31,517 nucleotides of DNA from Chiloscyllium plagiosum (taxonomy: Eukaryota): the NCBI RefSeq assembly GCF_004010195.1, contig NC_057752.1, positions 15,203,585 through 15,235,101 of the forward strand, read 5' to 3'. Both the position numbers and the translations under genes were made by a program. The notes beneath the pieces are model-generated. The model had not been told where the DNA came from, did not search any database, and saw only the letters and a program-made list of their open reading frames with translations. Shown here piece after piece: positions 1-12,026 of this stretch. The stretch's first letter is position 1. The number at the start of each line of letters is the position of its first letter.

Positions 1-170
1 GGTCCACGGACTCCACAACATCAAGCAGTTGGGCTGGGTGTCCGTGAACCACCACAATCTGCAGTTGCAGGGGATCGCTACATGCAGCACCCTCTGTCCC
101 AGATCCCCGAGAGAAAGGGGGAGAACTCCCACATAGAGAGCCCTCCACTGGGGATCCCCACCACCCGGTG

Positions 171-242
171 GGACACTCTCGTTTCTATCTGTCAGCCAGG
201 GCTCTCTGAGTGGATAAGATTAACAGCCCCAATCAGGGAACT
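171..242 (-). mobile_element. LTR fragment, same family as the LTR at 26958
   Basis: Reverse complement agttccctgattggggctgttaatc...ccctggctgacagatagaaac matches about 26988-27050. Confidence 0.75.
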
Positions 243-369
243 TGCATTGGAGGCAGTCCAGAGAGGTTCACTAGACCAGGTATGAGGGTCTATCTTGGAG
301 AGGTTGAGTAGATTAGGCCTGTACTTGTTAGAATATTGAGGAATTAGAGGAAACTGTAGTAATTCGAAC

Positions 370-895
370 AGAGGTAAGGCGAGAATAACTGCTCTCGTCG
401 TCAAGCCACATTTGACTGAATGTATCATGAAGAAGGTAAAACAATGACTGCAGATGCTGGAGACCAGATTCTGGATCAGTGGTTCAGGCAGCATCCGAGG
501 AGCAGTAAAATCGACGTTTCGGGCAAAAGGAATACCATGTATCATAAAGAAGCCATCGATAAACTAGAGTCAATGGGAATCCAGGGAAATTGGACTCCAT
601 TGGTTGGAGTCATACCTGGCACACAGGAAGATGGTTGCGGTTGTTGGAGAACCATCTTCAGCCGCTTCATGGGAACACCTCCACCTGCAAGTTTTCCTCC
701 AAGCCACTCTCCATCCTGACGATGTCACCATTCCTTCAGCGTTGCGGAGTCCAACCCCGGGAAGTTCCTCTCTAAAAGCACTGAGGGTGCAGCAACGCTG
801 CAGTTCAACAGGGCTACCCACTGCCAGCTCCACAGCAACGATGCGTGGGCAAGAAATGGTGGCCCTGCCAGCAGTGCCCACATCCTATGAATGAA
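370..895 (+). mobile_element. Decayed CR1/L2-clade LINE: RT fragment plus 3' tail
   Basis: Frameshifted ...KLESMGIQG / WLESYLAHRKMVAVVG RT segment. The tail (catgggaacacc...accatcctgac) resembles 16510-16770. Confidence 0.7.
436..536 (-). mobile_element. Short Penelope pseudo-LTR-derived insertion with 16-bp TSD
   Basis: Homologous to the Penelope 3' end at 15100-15212. Flanked by atgtatcatgaagaag (420-435) and atgtatcataaagaag (537-552). Confidence 0.75.
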
Positions 896-1296
896 CACCT
901 GTTTTTTACTAAAGGGTGGATCTGCTGACAGGGGTTCCTGCAGCCTGAACATAGTGCTCGCCATTTCACCTCACTCAGCTCAAACCAGCAGCAGAAATTG
1001 TCTTCTGACAGAGTTGTTTACACCTTCTCAATGATCCAAACAGCTTCACGGACAATGAAATGCTCTTGAAGCGCAGGCATTATTGCAAACAAGGCAGCCA
1101 AATTGTGCACAGCATGCTCCCACAACTAGCAGTGAGATCAGTTATCATACCATGTGATTTTTCTGACATTGGTTGAAAGATAAATATTGGCCAGGACACC
1201 AAGGATGATTTGCTTTCTCTTCTTCGAATCCGGGCCATGGAATTTTAAGGATCAAGCAAGCCTCAGTTTAATATCTCAAATGAAAGACAGCACTCT

Positions 1297-1990
1297 GGAA
1301 TACTAAATGGCCTGGACAGAGTGGATGTTGGGAAGCTGTAGGAGAGACTAGGACTCAAGGGCACAGCCTTAGAGTAAAGGGGAGACATTTTAGAATGGAG
1401 ATAAGGTGAAACATCTTCAGCGAGAGAGTGGTGAATCTCTGGAATTCACTACCACAGAAGGCTGTGGAGGCCAGGCCAGTATATTTAAGACAGAGGTCGA
1501 TAGGTTCTTGATTGTCAAGGAAATTAAGGGTTTAGATTAGATTAGATTCCCTAAGTGTGGAAACAGGCCCTTTGGCCCAACAAGTCCACACTGACCCTCT
1601 GAAGAGCAACCCACCCAGACCCATTCCGTTACCCTTTTACTCGACATTCACCCATGATTCATGCACCGAGCCTACACATCGCTGTACACTATGGACAATT
1701 TTGCCTGGCCAATTCACCTTACTTGCACATCTTTCAATTGTGGGAGGAAACCCACGCAGACATGAGGAGAATGTGCAAACTCCACATAGACAGTCGCCCG
1801 AGGTAGGAATCGAACCAGAGTCCCAGGCACTGTGAGGCAGCTGTGCTAACCACTGAGTCACCGTGCTGTCCGGTTATGGGGACAAAGTGGGAGAATAAGG
1901 TTGAGAAACTTATCAGCCATGATTGAATGGTGGAGCAGACTTGATGGGCTGAATGGCCTAATTTCTGCTCCTATGTCTTATGGTCTTATA
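1297..1990 (+). mobile_element. CR1 LINE 3' fragment inserted in the DeuSINE and interrupted by an HE1 SINE
   Basis: CR1 end motifs (gagagtggtgaatctctggaattc; gggctgaatggcct...tcctatgtcttatggtctta). Confidence 0.8.
1532..1868 (-). mobile_element. HE1-type tRNA-derived V-SINE
   Basis: Minus-strand A box ggtgactcagtggttagc, B box ggttcgattcc, V-domain ctatgtggagtttgcacattctcc, (tctaa)n tail. Confidence 0.9.
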
Positions 1991-2272
1991 CCTCTGACGG
2001 TCAAACACTTCCTCAGTGCTGCACTGCAATGTCAGCCTGGATTCTCATGCTCAAACCCCGGGAGTAGGAATTGAACCCAGTATCTCCTGACACAGAACTA
2101 GGAGTGCAACCAACTCAGTTCCAACCACCACTTCAATGCCAGAAGGGAATAGGAGGGTGCATGGCTGTTACAAGATCTGATCATTTATTCTTAATGCACA
2201 GATCACTTGCCCAATCCAAGCAAAAGGATGTGGGGTATTGACTGTTAGAGTGGTATTCCTGACAGTACCTAC

Positions 2273-2426
2273 CCCATCCAAGTATGTAGTACCAGAATAA
2301 TTGCTGCTGCTCCACAAACACAGCCACGATGATGAGAGTGTGCAGGTAGATTCCCTCACAAAGCATCCAGAAGTAAGTGCAGCTTGTCAAGTACAAATGA
2401 ATGAAGTTTAACACCTTACAGTCAAC
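2273..2426 (-). CDS. calcrl: Calcitonin receptor-like GPCR, TM3-ICL2-TM4 exon: [51 protein letters not shown](G); 154 nt
   Basis: Signature [14 protein letters not shown]...WYYxLGWG. Acceptor tgttctgtctgcag at 2427, donor G|gtaggt at 2272. Confidence 0.97.
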
Positions 2427-2699
2427 CTGCAGACAGAACACACACCGACACATCAGAGGCATCTGGCTCGAAGCAAAACACTGCGCACTGGCAAACATGG
2501 AGTACTGCGACCACAGCAGGGCTCTCAAAAATCAGAATCCACGACAAATGTAGAGAGGGCAAACGCAGACAATAGAAATAAACAAATGCTCCACAGACAT
2601 TATGCAGCTGGAATATGTGTCAGTCTCAGTTTGAAAGGTTTACACTGCACTGTCTTGCAGACAACGGTTTTATTGTTTCACATAGATATAAGGTACTGG

Positions 2700-2911
2700 C
2701 AACCCTATGTTATCCCTGTCCTGGGAGTGTTTGATGGGGACAGTGTAGTGGGAACTTTACTCTGTATCTAACCCCGTGTTGCCCCTGTCCTGGGAGTGTT
2801 TGATGGGGGACAGTGTAGAGGGAGCTTTACTCTGTATCTAACATTGTGCTATCCCTGTTCTGGGAGTATTCGATGAAGGGACAGTGTATAGTGGGCTTTA
2901 CTCTGTAGCTA
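2700..2911 (+). repeat. ~70-bp minisatellite, about 3 visible units, running into the gap
   Basis: Unit ctttactctgtatctaaccccgtgctgtccctgtcctgggagtgtttgatggggacagtgtagagggag. Confidence 0.9.
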
Positions 2912-3410
2912 NNNNNNNNNNNNNNNNNNNNNNNNNNNNNNNNNNNNNNNNNNNNNNNNNNNNNNNNNNNNNNNNNNNNNNNNNNNNNNNNNNNNNNNNN
3001 NNNNNNNNNNNNNNNNNNNNNNNNNNNNNNNNNNNNNNNNNNNNNNNNNNNNNNNNNNNNNNNNNNNNNNNNNNNNNNNNNNNNNNNNNNNNNNNNNNNN
3101 NNNNNNNNNNNNNNNNNNNNNNNNNNNNNNNNNNNNNNNNNNNNNNNNNNNNNNNNNNNNNNNNNNNNNNNNNNNNNNNNNNNNNNNNNNNNNNNNNNNN
3201 NNNNNNNNNNNNNNNNNNNNNNNNNNNNNNNNNNNNNNNNNNNNNNNNNNNNNNNNNNNNNNNNNNNNNNNNNNNNNNNNNNNNNNNNNNNNNNNNNNNN
3301 NNNNNNNNNNNNNNNNNNNNNNNNNNNNNNNNNNNNNNNNNNNNNNNNNNNNNNNNNNNNNNNNNNNNNNNNNNNNNNNNNNNNNNNNNNNNNNNNNNNN
3401 NNNNNNNNNN
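2912..3410. other. Assembly gap (499 N)
   Basis: Run of N. Confidence 1.
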
Positions 3411-5425
3411 NAATGTAGATTGGGAGCAGCTGTTTGAAGGGAAATCCACATTTGTTATGTGGGAGGTTTTTAAAGAGAGGTTGATTAGAGTGCAGGACAG
3501 ACATGTCCCTGTGAAAATGAGGGAAAGAAATGGCAAGATTACGAAACTATGGATGTCAGGCGAAATTGTGAGCCTAGCTAAGAGGAAAAAGGATGCGTGC
3601 ATATAGTCTAAGTGATTGAAGTCAGACAAAGCTTCGAAAGAATATCAGGAATGCAGGACCAATCTGAAACGAGGAATTAAGAGGGCTAAAAGGGGTCATG
3701 AGATATCCTTAGCGAGCAGGGTTAAGGAAAACCCCAAAGCCTCTTATTTGTATATAAGGAGTAAGAGGGTAACTACGGATGGCCCACTCAAAGACAAAGG
3801 GGGAAAGATATGTGTGGAGTCAGAGAAAATGGATGAGATTCTTAATGAATACTTTGCATCGGTATTCATCGAGGAGAAGGTCCTGGCGGATGTTGAGGTT
3901 AGGGATGGATCTTTATTTACTCTCAGTCAAGTTGGTTTAAGAAGGGAGGAAGTGTTGTGTATTCAAAAAGGCATTAAGGTTGCCAAGTCCCCAGGACCGG
4001 ATGGGATCTATCCCAGGTTACTGAGAGAAGTGAGAGAGGAAATAGCTGGGACTTTAACAGGTAACTTTGCAACATCCTTGAACATGGGGGAGGTTCCAGA
4101 GAACTGGAGAATTAGTAATGTTGTCCCCGTGTTTAAGAGGGGTAGCAGGAATAATCCAGGTAATTACAGACTGGTGAGCCTGATGTCAGTGATAGGGAAG
4201 CTACTGGAGAAGATACTAAGAGATAGGATATGTACCCATTTGGAAGTAAATGGGCTTATCATTGATAAGCAACAAGATTTTGTGCAGGCAAGATCATGTC
4301 TTACAAACCTAATAGAATTCTTTGAGGAAGTAACAAAGCTGATTGATGAGGGAAGCGCTGTAGATGTCATATACATGGACTTCAGTAAGGTGTTTGATAA
4401 TGTTCCCCATGGTGGGCTGATGAAGAAGGTGAGGTTGCATGTGGCTAGATGGATTAAGAACTGGTTGGGCAATAGGAGACAGACAATGGTAATGGAAGGG
4501 AGCTTCTCAAAATGGAGACCTGTGAGCAGTGGTGTCCCATTGGGATCCGTGCTGGGACCACTGTTGTTTGTAATGTACATAAATAATTTGGAGGAAGGTG
4601 TAGGTTGCTGCATTAACAAGTTTGCAGATGACACTAAGTTTGGTGGAGTAGCAGATAGTGAAGGGGACTGTCAGGGAATACAGCAGAATATAGATAGATT
4701 GGAGAGTTGGGCAGAGAAATGGCAGATGGAGTTCAATCCGGACAAATGCGAGGAAATACGTTTTGGAAGATCCAATTCCAGAGCGAACTAGACAGTAAAT
4801 GGAAATACCTTGAGGAAAATTGATGGACAGAGAGATCTGGGAGTTCAGCTCCACTGTACCCTGAACGTGGCAACGCAGGTCAGTAGAGTCATCAAGGAGG
4901 CATGCTTTCCTTCATCGGATGGGGTATTGAGTACTAGAGTTGGCAGGTCATGTTAGAGTTGTATGAGACTTTGGTTTGGCCACATTTGGAATACTGCGTA
5001 CAGTTCTGGTTGCCACATTACCAAAAAGATGTGGATGGTTCGGAGAGGATGCGGGGAGGTTCACCAGGATGAAGAGAGGTTGAGTAGATTAGGATTATTT
5101 TCATTAGGAAGAAGGAAGTTGAGGGGGGACCTGATTGAGGTCTACAAAATCATGAGAGGTATAGACAGAGAGGATAGCAAAAAGCTTTTTTCCCAGAGTG
5201 GGGAACTCAATTACTAGGGGTCATGAGTTCAAGGTGAGAGGGGGACATTTTAGGGGAGATATGCGTGGAAAGTTCTTTACGTGGAGGGTGGTGGGTGCCT
5301 GGAACATGTTGCTAGCAGAGGTGGTAGAGATGGGCACGATAGCGTTATTTAAGATGTATCTCGACATATACATGAATGGGCAGGGAGCAGAGGGATACAG
5401 ATCCTTAGAAACTAGGCGACAGGTT
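3411..5425 (+). mobile_element. CR1 LINE ORF2 (reverse transcriptase) fragment, 391-aa open stretch, otherwise disrupted
   Basis: KSPGPDGIYP, NYRLVSL, DFSKVFD, GVPLGSVLGPLLF, FADDTK. Stops and frameshifts on both sides; 3' UTR truncated. Confidence 0.95.
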
Positions 5426-5957
5426 TCAATGAAATAGTCATGATGCAAGCATGAATCACATGAAGATAAATGGCAGAGTTGAGACTCTTTGGAGAAACAG
5501 AGTGAAAGCTTTGTCCAAATCAAAAGCTGATCGAACATATTTCTCTCCTGTCAGGCTCAACCAGTGCAGGTGGAAATAAACTACAGTGACCCTCTGGTCA
5601 CCTTGCAGCAAATTGGGTCTGGCCTCGTCACCAATCAAAATGAACACGCTACCTGTCTCGGACAAGAATGCTCTGACCTCAGGTGCCAGACTGGGAGGTG
5701 CCTGCCAGACAGTCAGGGTGCAGATCCTGTCCTGCTTGTGTCAATTCTCAGCAGAAATTGCCATCACCCACAGCGTGGCACATTGACGATGGCATCATTT
5801 TCAAGTAATGGCACTGTGCTGCCTAAGATTGGTTCTGCCTGGCCACCTTATTTAAAGTAATATCGCAACAAACATGATATGCGATGACATGGTCTTGCCC
5901 AGTCAGCATGATTGACTCAGTATTTCCAGGAGAAAACTTGTCAAATTGTAAACTTAC

Positions 5958-6049
5958 TTGAAGTAGCAGAAGATAGACAAGGCAAGGAGTAAGCAGATGA
6001 TAGAAATCACATGACCTGTAATAGCCGAATAGTAAAGGTTCCATACTGT
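5958..6049 (-). CDS. calcrl: Calcitonin receptor-like GPCR, TM1 exon: TVWNLYYSAITGHVISIICLLLALSIFCYF(K); 92 nt
   Basis: Not in the ORF track; translated by hand. Resembles human CLR [31 protein letters not shown]. Acceptor tatatttgcag at 6050, donor AA|gtaagt at 5957. Confidence 0.94.
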
Positions 6050-6408
6050 CTGCAAATATAGAAAGACAAAAGTTAGAAAGAACAATTTGCATTCCTGTAT
6101 AGAAGATCAACAAAAGCACATGCTGCTAAACACCACAGTCCCCTGTCGTTTAATGTTAAACACTTCAGTCAGTAATGTTTACTCCTCTGCCCCAGACGAG
6201 ATGGTGAACACATGCTTCCGCCGCATCATTATGGTGCCATCCAGAACCAAGTTAACATGTGACAGCCTTGGACTGTCTCATTTGCAAGTAACCTTCCAAC
6301 ACAAACATCAAAGCAACACTAGTCAACAGAAACCCGCTGCAGCACATTTGGCTTGCTGTGCTCTGGTGAACAGAATGGATGATGGTCTCCAGAAGCTCAC
6401 TTCAAGCC

Positions 6409-6633
6409 CTTTCAGTCCTGGCAATGTTTGAGGGGGACAGTGTAGAAGGGGCTTTACTCTGTAGCTAACCCCGTGCTGTCCCTGTCCTGGGAGTGTTTGA
6501 TGGGGGACAGTGTAGAGGGAGCTTTACTCTGTATCTAACACCGTGCTGTCCCTGTCCTGAGAGTGTTTGGTGGGGGACAGTTTAGAAGGAGCTTTACTCT
6601 GTATCTAACCGCATACTGTCCCTATCCTGGGAG
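6409..6633 (+). repeat. ~70-bp minisatellite, about 3 units
   Basis: Same unit as 2700-2911. Confidence 0.9.
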
Positions 6634-8625
6634 TCAGAGAGTTATAGAGATCGATAGTACAGCGAAAGGCCCTTTGGCCCATTGCATCCATTCCAGTCAA
6701 AAACAGCCACCTAACTATTCCAATCCAGTGCTCCAGCACTTGGCCCACTGCCTTGTATGCCTCGGCATCACAAGTACACATCTAAATACTTCTTGAATGA
6801 TTTAAGGGTTTTTTACCAGTTTATCGGCAATAGATTTCAGATTCCCACCACCCTCTGAAAAAACTTTTCCTCATATCTCCTCCTGTCCCTTACCTTAAAC
6901 CTACACCCATGGTCATTCATCCTCCATCAAGGGGACAGTTTCTTCCTGTCCACCCTATCTATGCCCCTCAAATATACCACATCTCAATCAATATTCCCTC
7001 TCAATCTCCGTTGCTCTAATGAAATAAACATCAGTCTGTCCAAATTCTCTTCAAAACTGAAACCCATAGTAGATGCAACATTTGGAACACAGAACATTAC
7101 AGCACGGGCAGCACAGTACAAGCTCTTTGGCCCTCGATGCTGCGCCAACCTGTGGAACCAATCTGAAGCCCATCTCTCCTGCACGATTCCATATGCCCAT
7201 CCAATGACCATTAAAATGCCCTTAAAGTTGGCGAGTCTACTACTGTTGCAGGCAGTGCATTCCACGCTGCTACTACTCTCACAGTAAAGAAACTACCTCT
7301 GACATCTGCCCTATATCTATCACCCCTCAATTTAAAGCTATGTCCCCACATGTTAGTCATCACCATCCACTCTCCCTGTCCACCCTATCTAACCCTCTGA
7401 CTATCTTATATGTCTCAATTAAGTCACCTCTCAACCTTCTTCTCTCGAACGAAAACAGCCTCAAGTTCCTCAGCCTTTCCTTGTAAGACTTTCCCTCCAG
7501 ACCAGGCAACATCCCAGTAAAGTCTCCTCTGCACCCTTTCCAAAGCTTCCACATCCTTCCTATAATGCTGTGACCAGAACTGTATGCAATACTCCAAGTG
7601 CGGCCACACCAGAGTTTTGTACAGCTGCAGCATGACTTCGTGGCTCCAAAACTCAATCCCTCTACCAATAAAAGCTAACACACTGTATGCCTTCTTAACA
7701 ACCCTATCAACCTGGGTGGCAACTTGCAAGGATCTATGTACATGGACAGCAAGATCTCTCTGTTCTTCTACATGACCAAGAATCTTACCATGAGCCCCGT
7801 ACTCTGCATTCCTGTTGCTCCTTCCAAAGTGAATCACTTTGACCTTTCTGCATTAACCTCCATTTGCTACCTCTCAGCCCATCTCTGCAGCTTATCTATG
7901 TCCATCTGTAAAATACAACATCCTTCAGCATTATCCACAACTTCACCGACCTTAGTCTCATCTGCAAATTTACTAATCCATCCTTCTACATCCTCATCCA
8001 GATCATTTATAAAAATGACAAACAGCAGTGGACCCAAAACAGATCCTTGCGGTACACCACTGGTAACTGTACTCCAGGATAAACATTTCCCATCAACCAC
8101 CAGACTCTTGTATTCTTTCAGCTAGCCAATTTCTGATCCAAACCACTAAATCCCTCTCAATCCCAGGCATCCTTATTTTGTGCAATAGCCTACTGTCGTG
8201 AACCTTGTCAAACGCCTTACTGAAATTCATATGCACCACATCAACTGTTTATCCCTCATCCACCTGTTTGGTCACCTTCTCAAAGAACTCAATAAGCTTT
8301 ATGAGGCACGACCTCCCCTTCATAAAACCATGTTGATATCCCTCATCAACTTATTCCCTTCTAGATGATTATAAACCCTATCGCTTATAATTTAAAAGAA
8401 TTTGGATGTGTCCACGATCAGGAAAGGTTTAGAGGGAAATGAGCCAAATGCAGGCAAATGGGACTAGTTTACTTCGGGAAGCCAGTCAGCATGGACGAGT
8501 TGGATCAAAGAGCTTTATGACTCCAAGGCTCTGTGATTCCAGCCCACGCAATATCCTGGTAAAACCCCTTTGCATCCTCTCCAGCGCTATCACATCCCTC
8601 CTATAATGTGGTTTCCAGAATTGCA
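6634..8625 (-). mobile_element. Nested CR1 cluster: older minus CR1 3' end (6634-7068, resuming 8541-8625), younger minus CR1 RT (7085-8392) and a plus CR1 tail (8392-8540)
   Basis: ORFs with GVPQGSVLGPLLFVIFINDLD, FADETK, HLEYCIQFW, LRGDLIE. Confidence 0.85.
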
Positions 8626-8689
8626 CACAATCATCTCCCTGCTCTTAAACGCCAAGGCAAGTATACAATGTACCTTCTCAACCACTTTA

Positions 8690-9235
8690 AGTGGAGGTCA
8701 TGTCTGATTAACATGTTTGAATTTTTTGAAGGGGTGGACAGGTGTATAGATATTGCATGTGACATAGCCTACATGTCCTTCAACCAGGCTTTTGATAAGG
8801 TTCTGCATAGGAGACAGATTGCAAAGGTAAGAGCTGATGGGATCCAAGGAAATTTGTCAAATTGGACCCACATTCGACTGAGTGGCTGAAAGATGGTTGA
8901 GATGTGTTTTTGTGCCTGGAAGCTTGTGTCCAGTGGGGTCCCACTGTGTTAAGGCCCTTACTGTTTATGCATTATGTAGACTTGAATGTTGGAAGGTTGT
9001 TAAGTAAGCTTGCGGACAATACAAATATTTGTGGGGTGGTCAATAGTGAGGAGAATACCCTGAAATTACAGGAGGATATGGATGGGCTGGTCAGAATGAC
9101 TGATCAGTCGCAAGTGGAATTCAATCTAGATAAACATGAGGTGATGCACCTGGACAAGTCAAACAAGGCAAGGGAATACATGGTGAAAGGTAAGACCCTG
9201 GGAAACACTGAGGATCAGAGGGACCTTGGTGTACA
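8690..9235 (+). mobile_element. Old CR1 RT fragment
   Basis: RSCLINMFEFFE, FNQAFDKV, KLADNT, QRDLGV. Confidence 0.85.
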
Positions 9236-11335
9236 AAGGACAAAGAAAATTCCAGCACAGGAATCCAAGCCATCTAAGCCTGCGCTGATCCAGATCCTCT
9301 ATCTAAAAGTATCTCCCATCTAAGTACATTTCCAAGTATCTCTATCCCTCTGCTCCCTGCCCATTCATATACCTGTCTAGATACATCTTAATCGTGCCCG
9401 CCTCTACCATTGCTGCTGACAACGTGTTCCAGACTCTGCGTATTGAACTTTCCATGTATATCTCTCTTACCCCTCTCACCTTGAACTCGTGACCCCTAGT
9501 AATTGAGTCCCCCACTCTGGGAAAAAGCTTCTTGCTAATCACCCTGTCCATACCTCTCGTGATTTTATAGATTTTAATTAGGTCCCCCCCTCAACCTTTG
9601 TCTTTCTAATGAAAATAGTCCTAATCTACTCAACCTCTCTTCATAGCTGGCACCCTCCATAACAGGCAACACCCGAGTGAGCCTCCTCTGCACCCTCTCC
9701 AAAGCATCCACATCCCTTTGGTAATGTAGCAACCAGAACTGTACGCAGTATTCCAAATGTGGCCGAACCAAAGTCTTGTACAACTCTAACATGACCTGCC
9801 AACTCTTGTACTCAATACCCCGTCCGATGAAGGAAAGCATGCTGTATGCCTTCTTGACAACTCTATTGACCTGCATTGCAACCTTCAGGGAACAATGGAC
9901 CTGAACACCCAGATCTCTCTATACGCCAATATTTCCCTGGACTTTTCCATTTCCTGTAGAGTTCACTCTTGAATTGAATCTTCCAAAATGCATCACCTCA
10001 CATTTGCCTGGATTGAACTCCATCTGCCATTTCTATGGCCAACTCTCCAATCTGTCTATATTCTGTTGCACTCTCTGACAGTCCCCTTCACTATCTGCTA
10101 CTCCACCAATCTTGGTGTCATCTGCAAACTTGCTAATCAGACCATCGATACCCTCCTCCAGATCATTTATGTATATCACAAACAACAGTGATCCTAGCAC
10201 AGATCCCTGAGGAACACCACTGGTCACAGTTCTGTATTTTGAGAAACTCTCTTCCACTACAACTCTGTCTCCTGATGCCCAGCCAGAGCTCTGTGCATCT
10301 AGCCAGTACTCCCTGGACCCTAATTATGTTCTCCATCAGCCAATCATGGGGAACCTTATCAAACGCCTTACTGAAGTCCATGTCTCTAACATCTACATCC
10401 CTTCCCTCAACAATCAACTTTAACACCTCTTCAAAGAATTCTATTAAGTTTGTAAGACATGACCTTCCCTGCACGAAACCACATTGCCTATCACTAATAA
10501 GCCCTTTTTTAAAAAATTAGAATCCCTACAGCGTGGAAACAGGCCCTTTGGCCCAATATGACCACACCAACCCTCTGAAGTGTAACCCACCCAGACCCAT
10601 TCCTCTACCCTATATTTACCCCTGACTAATGCACCTAGCCTACACATACCTGAACACAATGGGCAATTTAACATGGCCACATCACCTAACCTGCATATCC
10701 CACACAGACACAAGGAGAATGTACAAACTCCACACAGACAGTCAGCTGAGGCTGGAATCGAACCTGGGTCCATGGTGCTGTGAGGCAGCAGTGCTAACCA
10801 CTGTGCCGCCCATTTTCTTCCAAATGGGAAGAGCTCCTATCCCTCAGTATCTTCTCCAGCAGTTTCCCGACCACTGACGTCAGATTCACCGGTCTATAAT
10901 TATCTGGATTATCCTTGCTACCCTTTTTAAACAAGAGGACAACATCATCAACTCTCCAGTCCTCCGGGACCTCACCCGTGTTCAAGGATGCCGCGGAGAT
11001 ATCTGTTAAGACCCCAACTATTTTATCTCGCTTCCCTCAGTAACCTGGGATAGATCCCATCTGGACCTGGGAACTTGTACATCTTGGTTATGCCTTTTAG
11101 AATAACCAATGCTTCCTCCCTCCTTATGCCGACTTGACCGAGAGTAATCAAACATTTATCCCTAACCTCAACATCCATCATGTCCCTCTCCTCGGTGAAT
11201 ACCAATGCAAAGTACACATTCAGAATCTCACCTATTTTCTCTGACTCCATGCGTAAATTTCCTCCTTTGTCCTTGAGTGGGCCAACACTTTCTCTAGTTA
11301 CCCTCTTGCTCCTTATATACAAATAAAAGGCATGT
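9236..11335 (-). mobile_element. CR1 ORF2 fragment, same subfamily as 3411-5425 but in opposite orientation; interrupted by an HE1 SINE
   Basis: PGPDGIYPRLLRE, NYRPVNLTSVVGKLLE, DFSKAFDKVPH, FADDTK; shared C-terminal MNGQGAEG. Confidence 0.93.
10510..10810 (-). mobile_element. HE1-type V-SINE inside CR1
   Basis: A/B boxes and V-domain; TSD-like gcccttttt (10501-10509) / gcccatttt (10808-10816). Confidence 0.9.
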
Positions 11336-11382
11336 CGGAAAGCTATTAGAAACATTTCTAAGGGACAGAATGAACCTGCATT

Positions 11383-11849
11383 TAGAGTCACAGAGTTATG
11401 GAGATGTACAACACACAGAAACAGACAGACTCTTCGGTCTAACTCATCCATGCTGACCAGATATCCTAACTTGATCCTAACCTAATCTAGTCCCATTTGC
11501 CAGAGGCCCATATCCATCTAAACCCTTCCTGGAGAGATTTGATAGATTCAATTCCCTACAGTGTGGAAACAGGACCTTCGGCCCAACAAGTCCACACCGA
11601 CCCTCCGAAGAGCAACCAACCCAGACCCCTACATTTACCACTTCACCTAACACTATGGGCAATTTAGCATGGCCAATTCACCTAACCTACACATTTTTGG
11701 ACTGTGGGAGGAAACTGGAGCAGCCGGAGGAAGCCCACGCAGACACGGGGAGAATGTGCAAACTCCACACAGACAGTTGCCTGAGGCGGGAATTGAACCT
11801 GGGTCTCTAGCGCTGTGAGGCAGCAGTGCTATCCACTGTGTCACCATGC
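11383..11849 (-). mobile_element. CR1 3' tail (11383-11530) followed by an HE1-type SINE (11536-11849)
   Basis: ctagtcccatttgcc...aaacccttcc tail; SINE head ggtgacacagtggatagcactgctgcctcacagc. Confidence 0.85.
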
Positions 11850-12026
11850 CGTGCAGTGCCGCTTGCTCTCCTAACTTCTTTCTAAAGTTCCCTCTTGCAT
11901 GTTTTATTCTCCTCGAGAGCTTCTGCTGCTTTGAGCCCTCGGTATCTGCCTTATATCTCCCTTCTTCTCTTAATCAGGTGCTACATCTCCAGAGTACACA
12001 GGATTTGAATGTCCCTCCCTTTCGCT

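Larger units (their letters stand above)
1010..2122 (-). mobile_element. DeuSINE (SacSINE1-like) split in two: 3' part ~1010-1296, tRNA-like head ~1991-2122
   Basis: Deu-domain-like motifs gtcctggccaatatttatc and tgctgtgcacaatttggctgcc on the minus strand; head contains the B-box-like gggttcaattcc. Confidence 0.65.

Noticed and set aside
330..360. FPLIP in ORF 192..545 as the next CLR exon (FPLIPACIH)
   Set aside because: Lies in the antisense of a CR1 remnant; the following residues do not match and there is no donor at the expected distance.
2827..3629. Long ORFs of 180-243 aa
   Set aside because: Artefacts of translating through the N gap; the same applies to ORFs spanning 19434-19786.
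3616..4791. 391-aa RT ORF as an active or domesticated gene
   Set aside because: No endonuclease domain visible, internal deletion and downstream stops; ordinary CR1 fragment.
5520..5610. QRVTVVYFHLHW as the missing TM2 exon
   Set aside because: Only QRVT matches; it lacks SLSC and LHKN, and I found no suitable splice sites giving ~127 nt.
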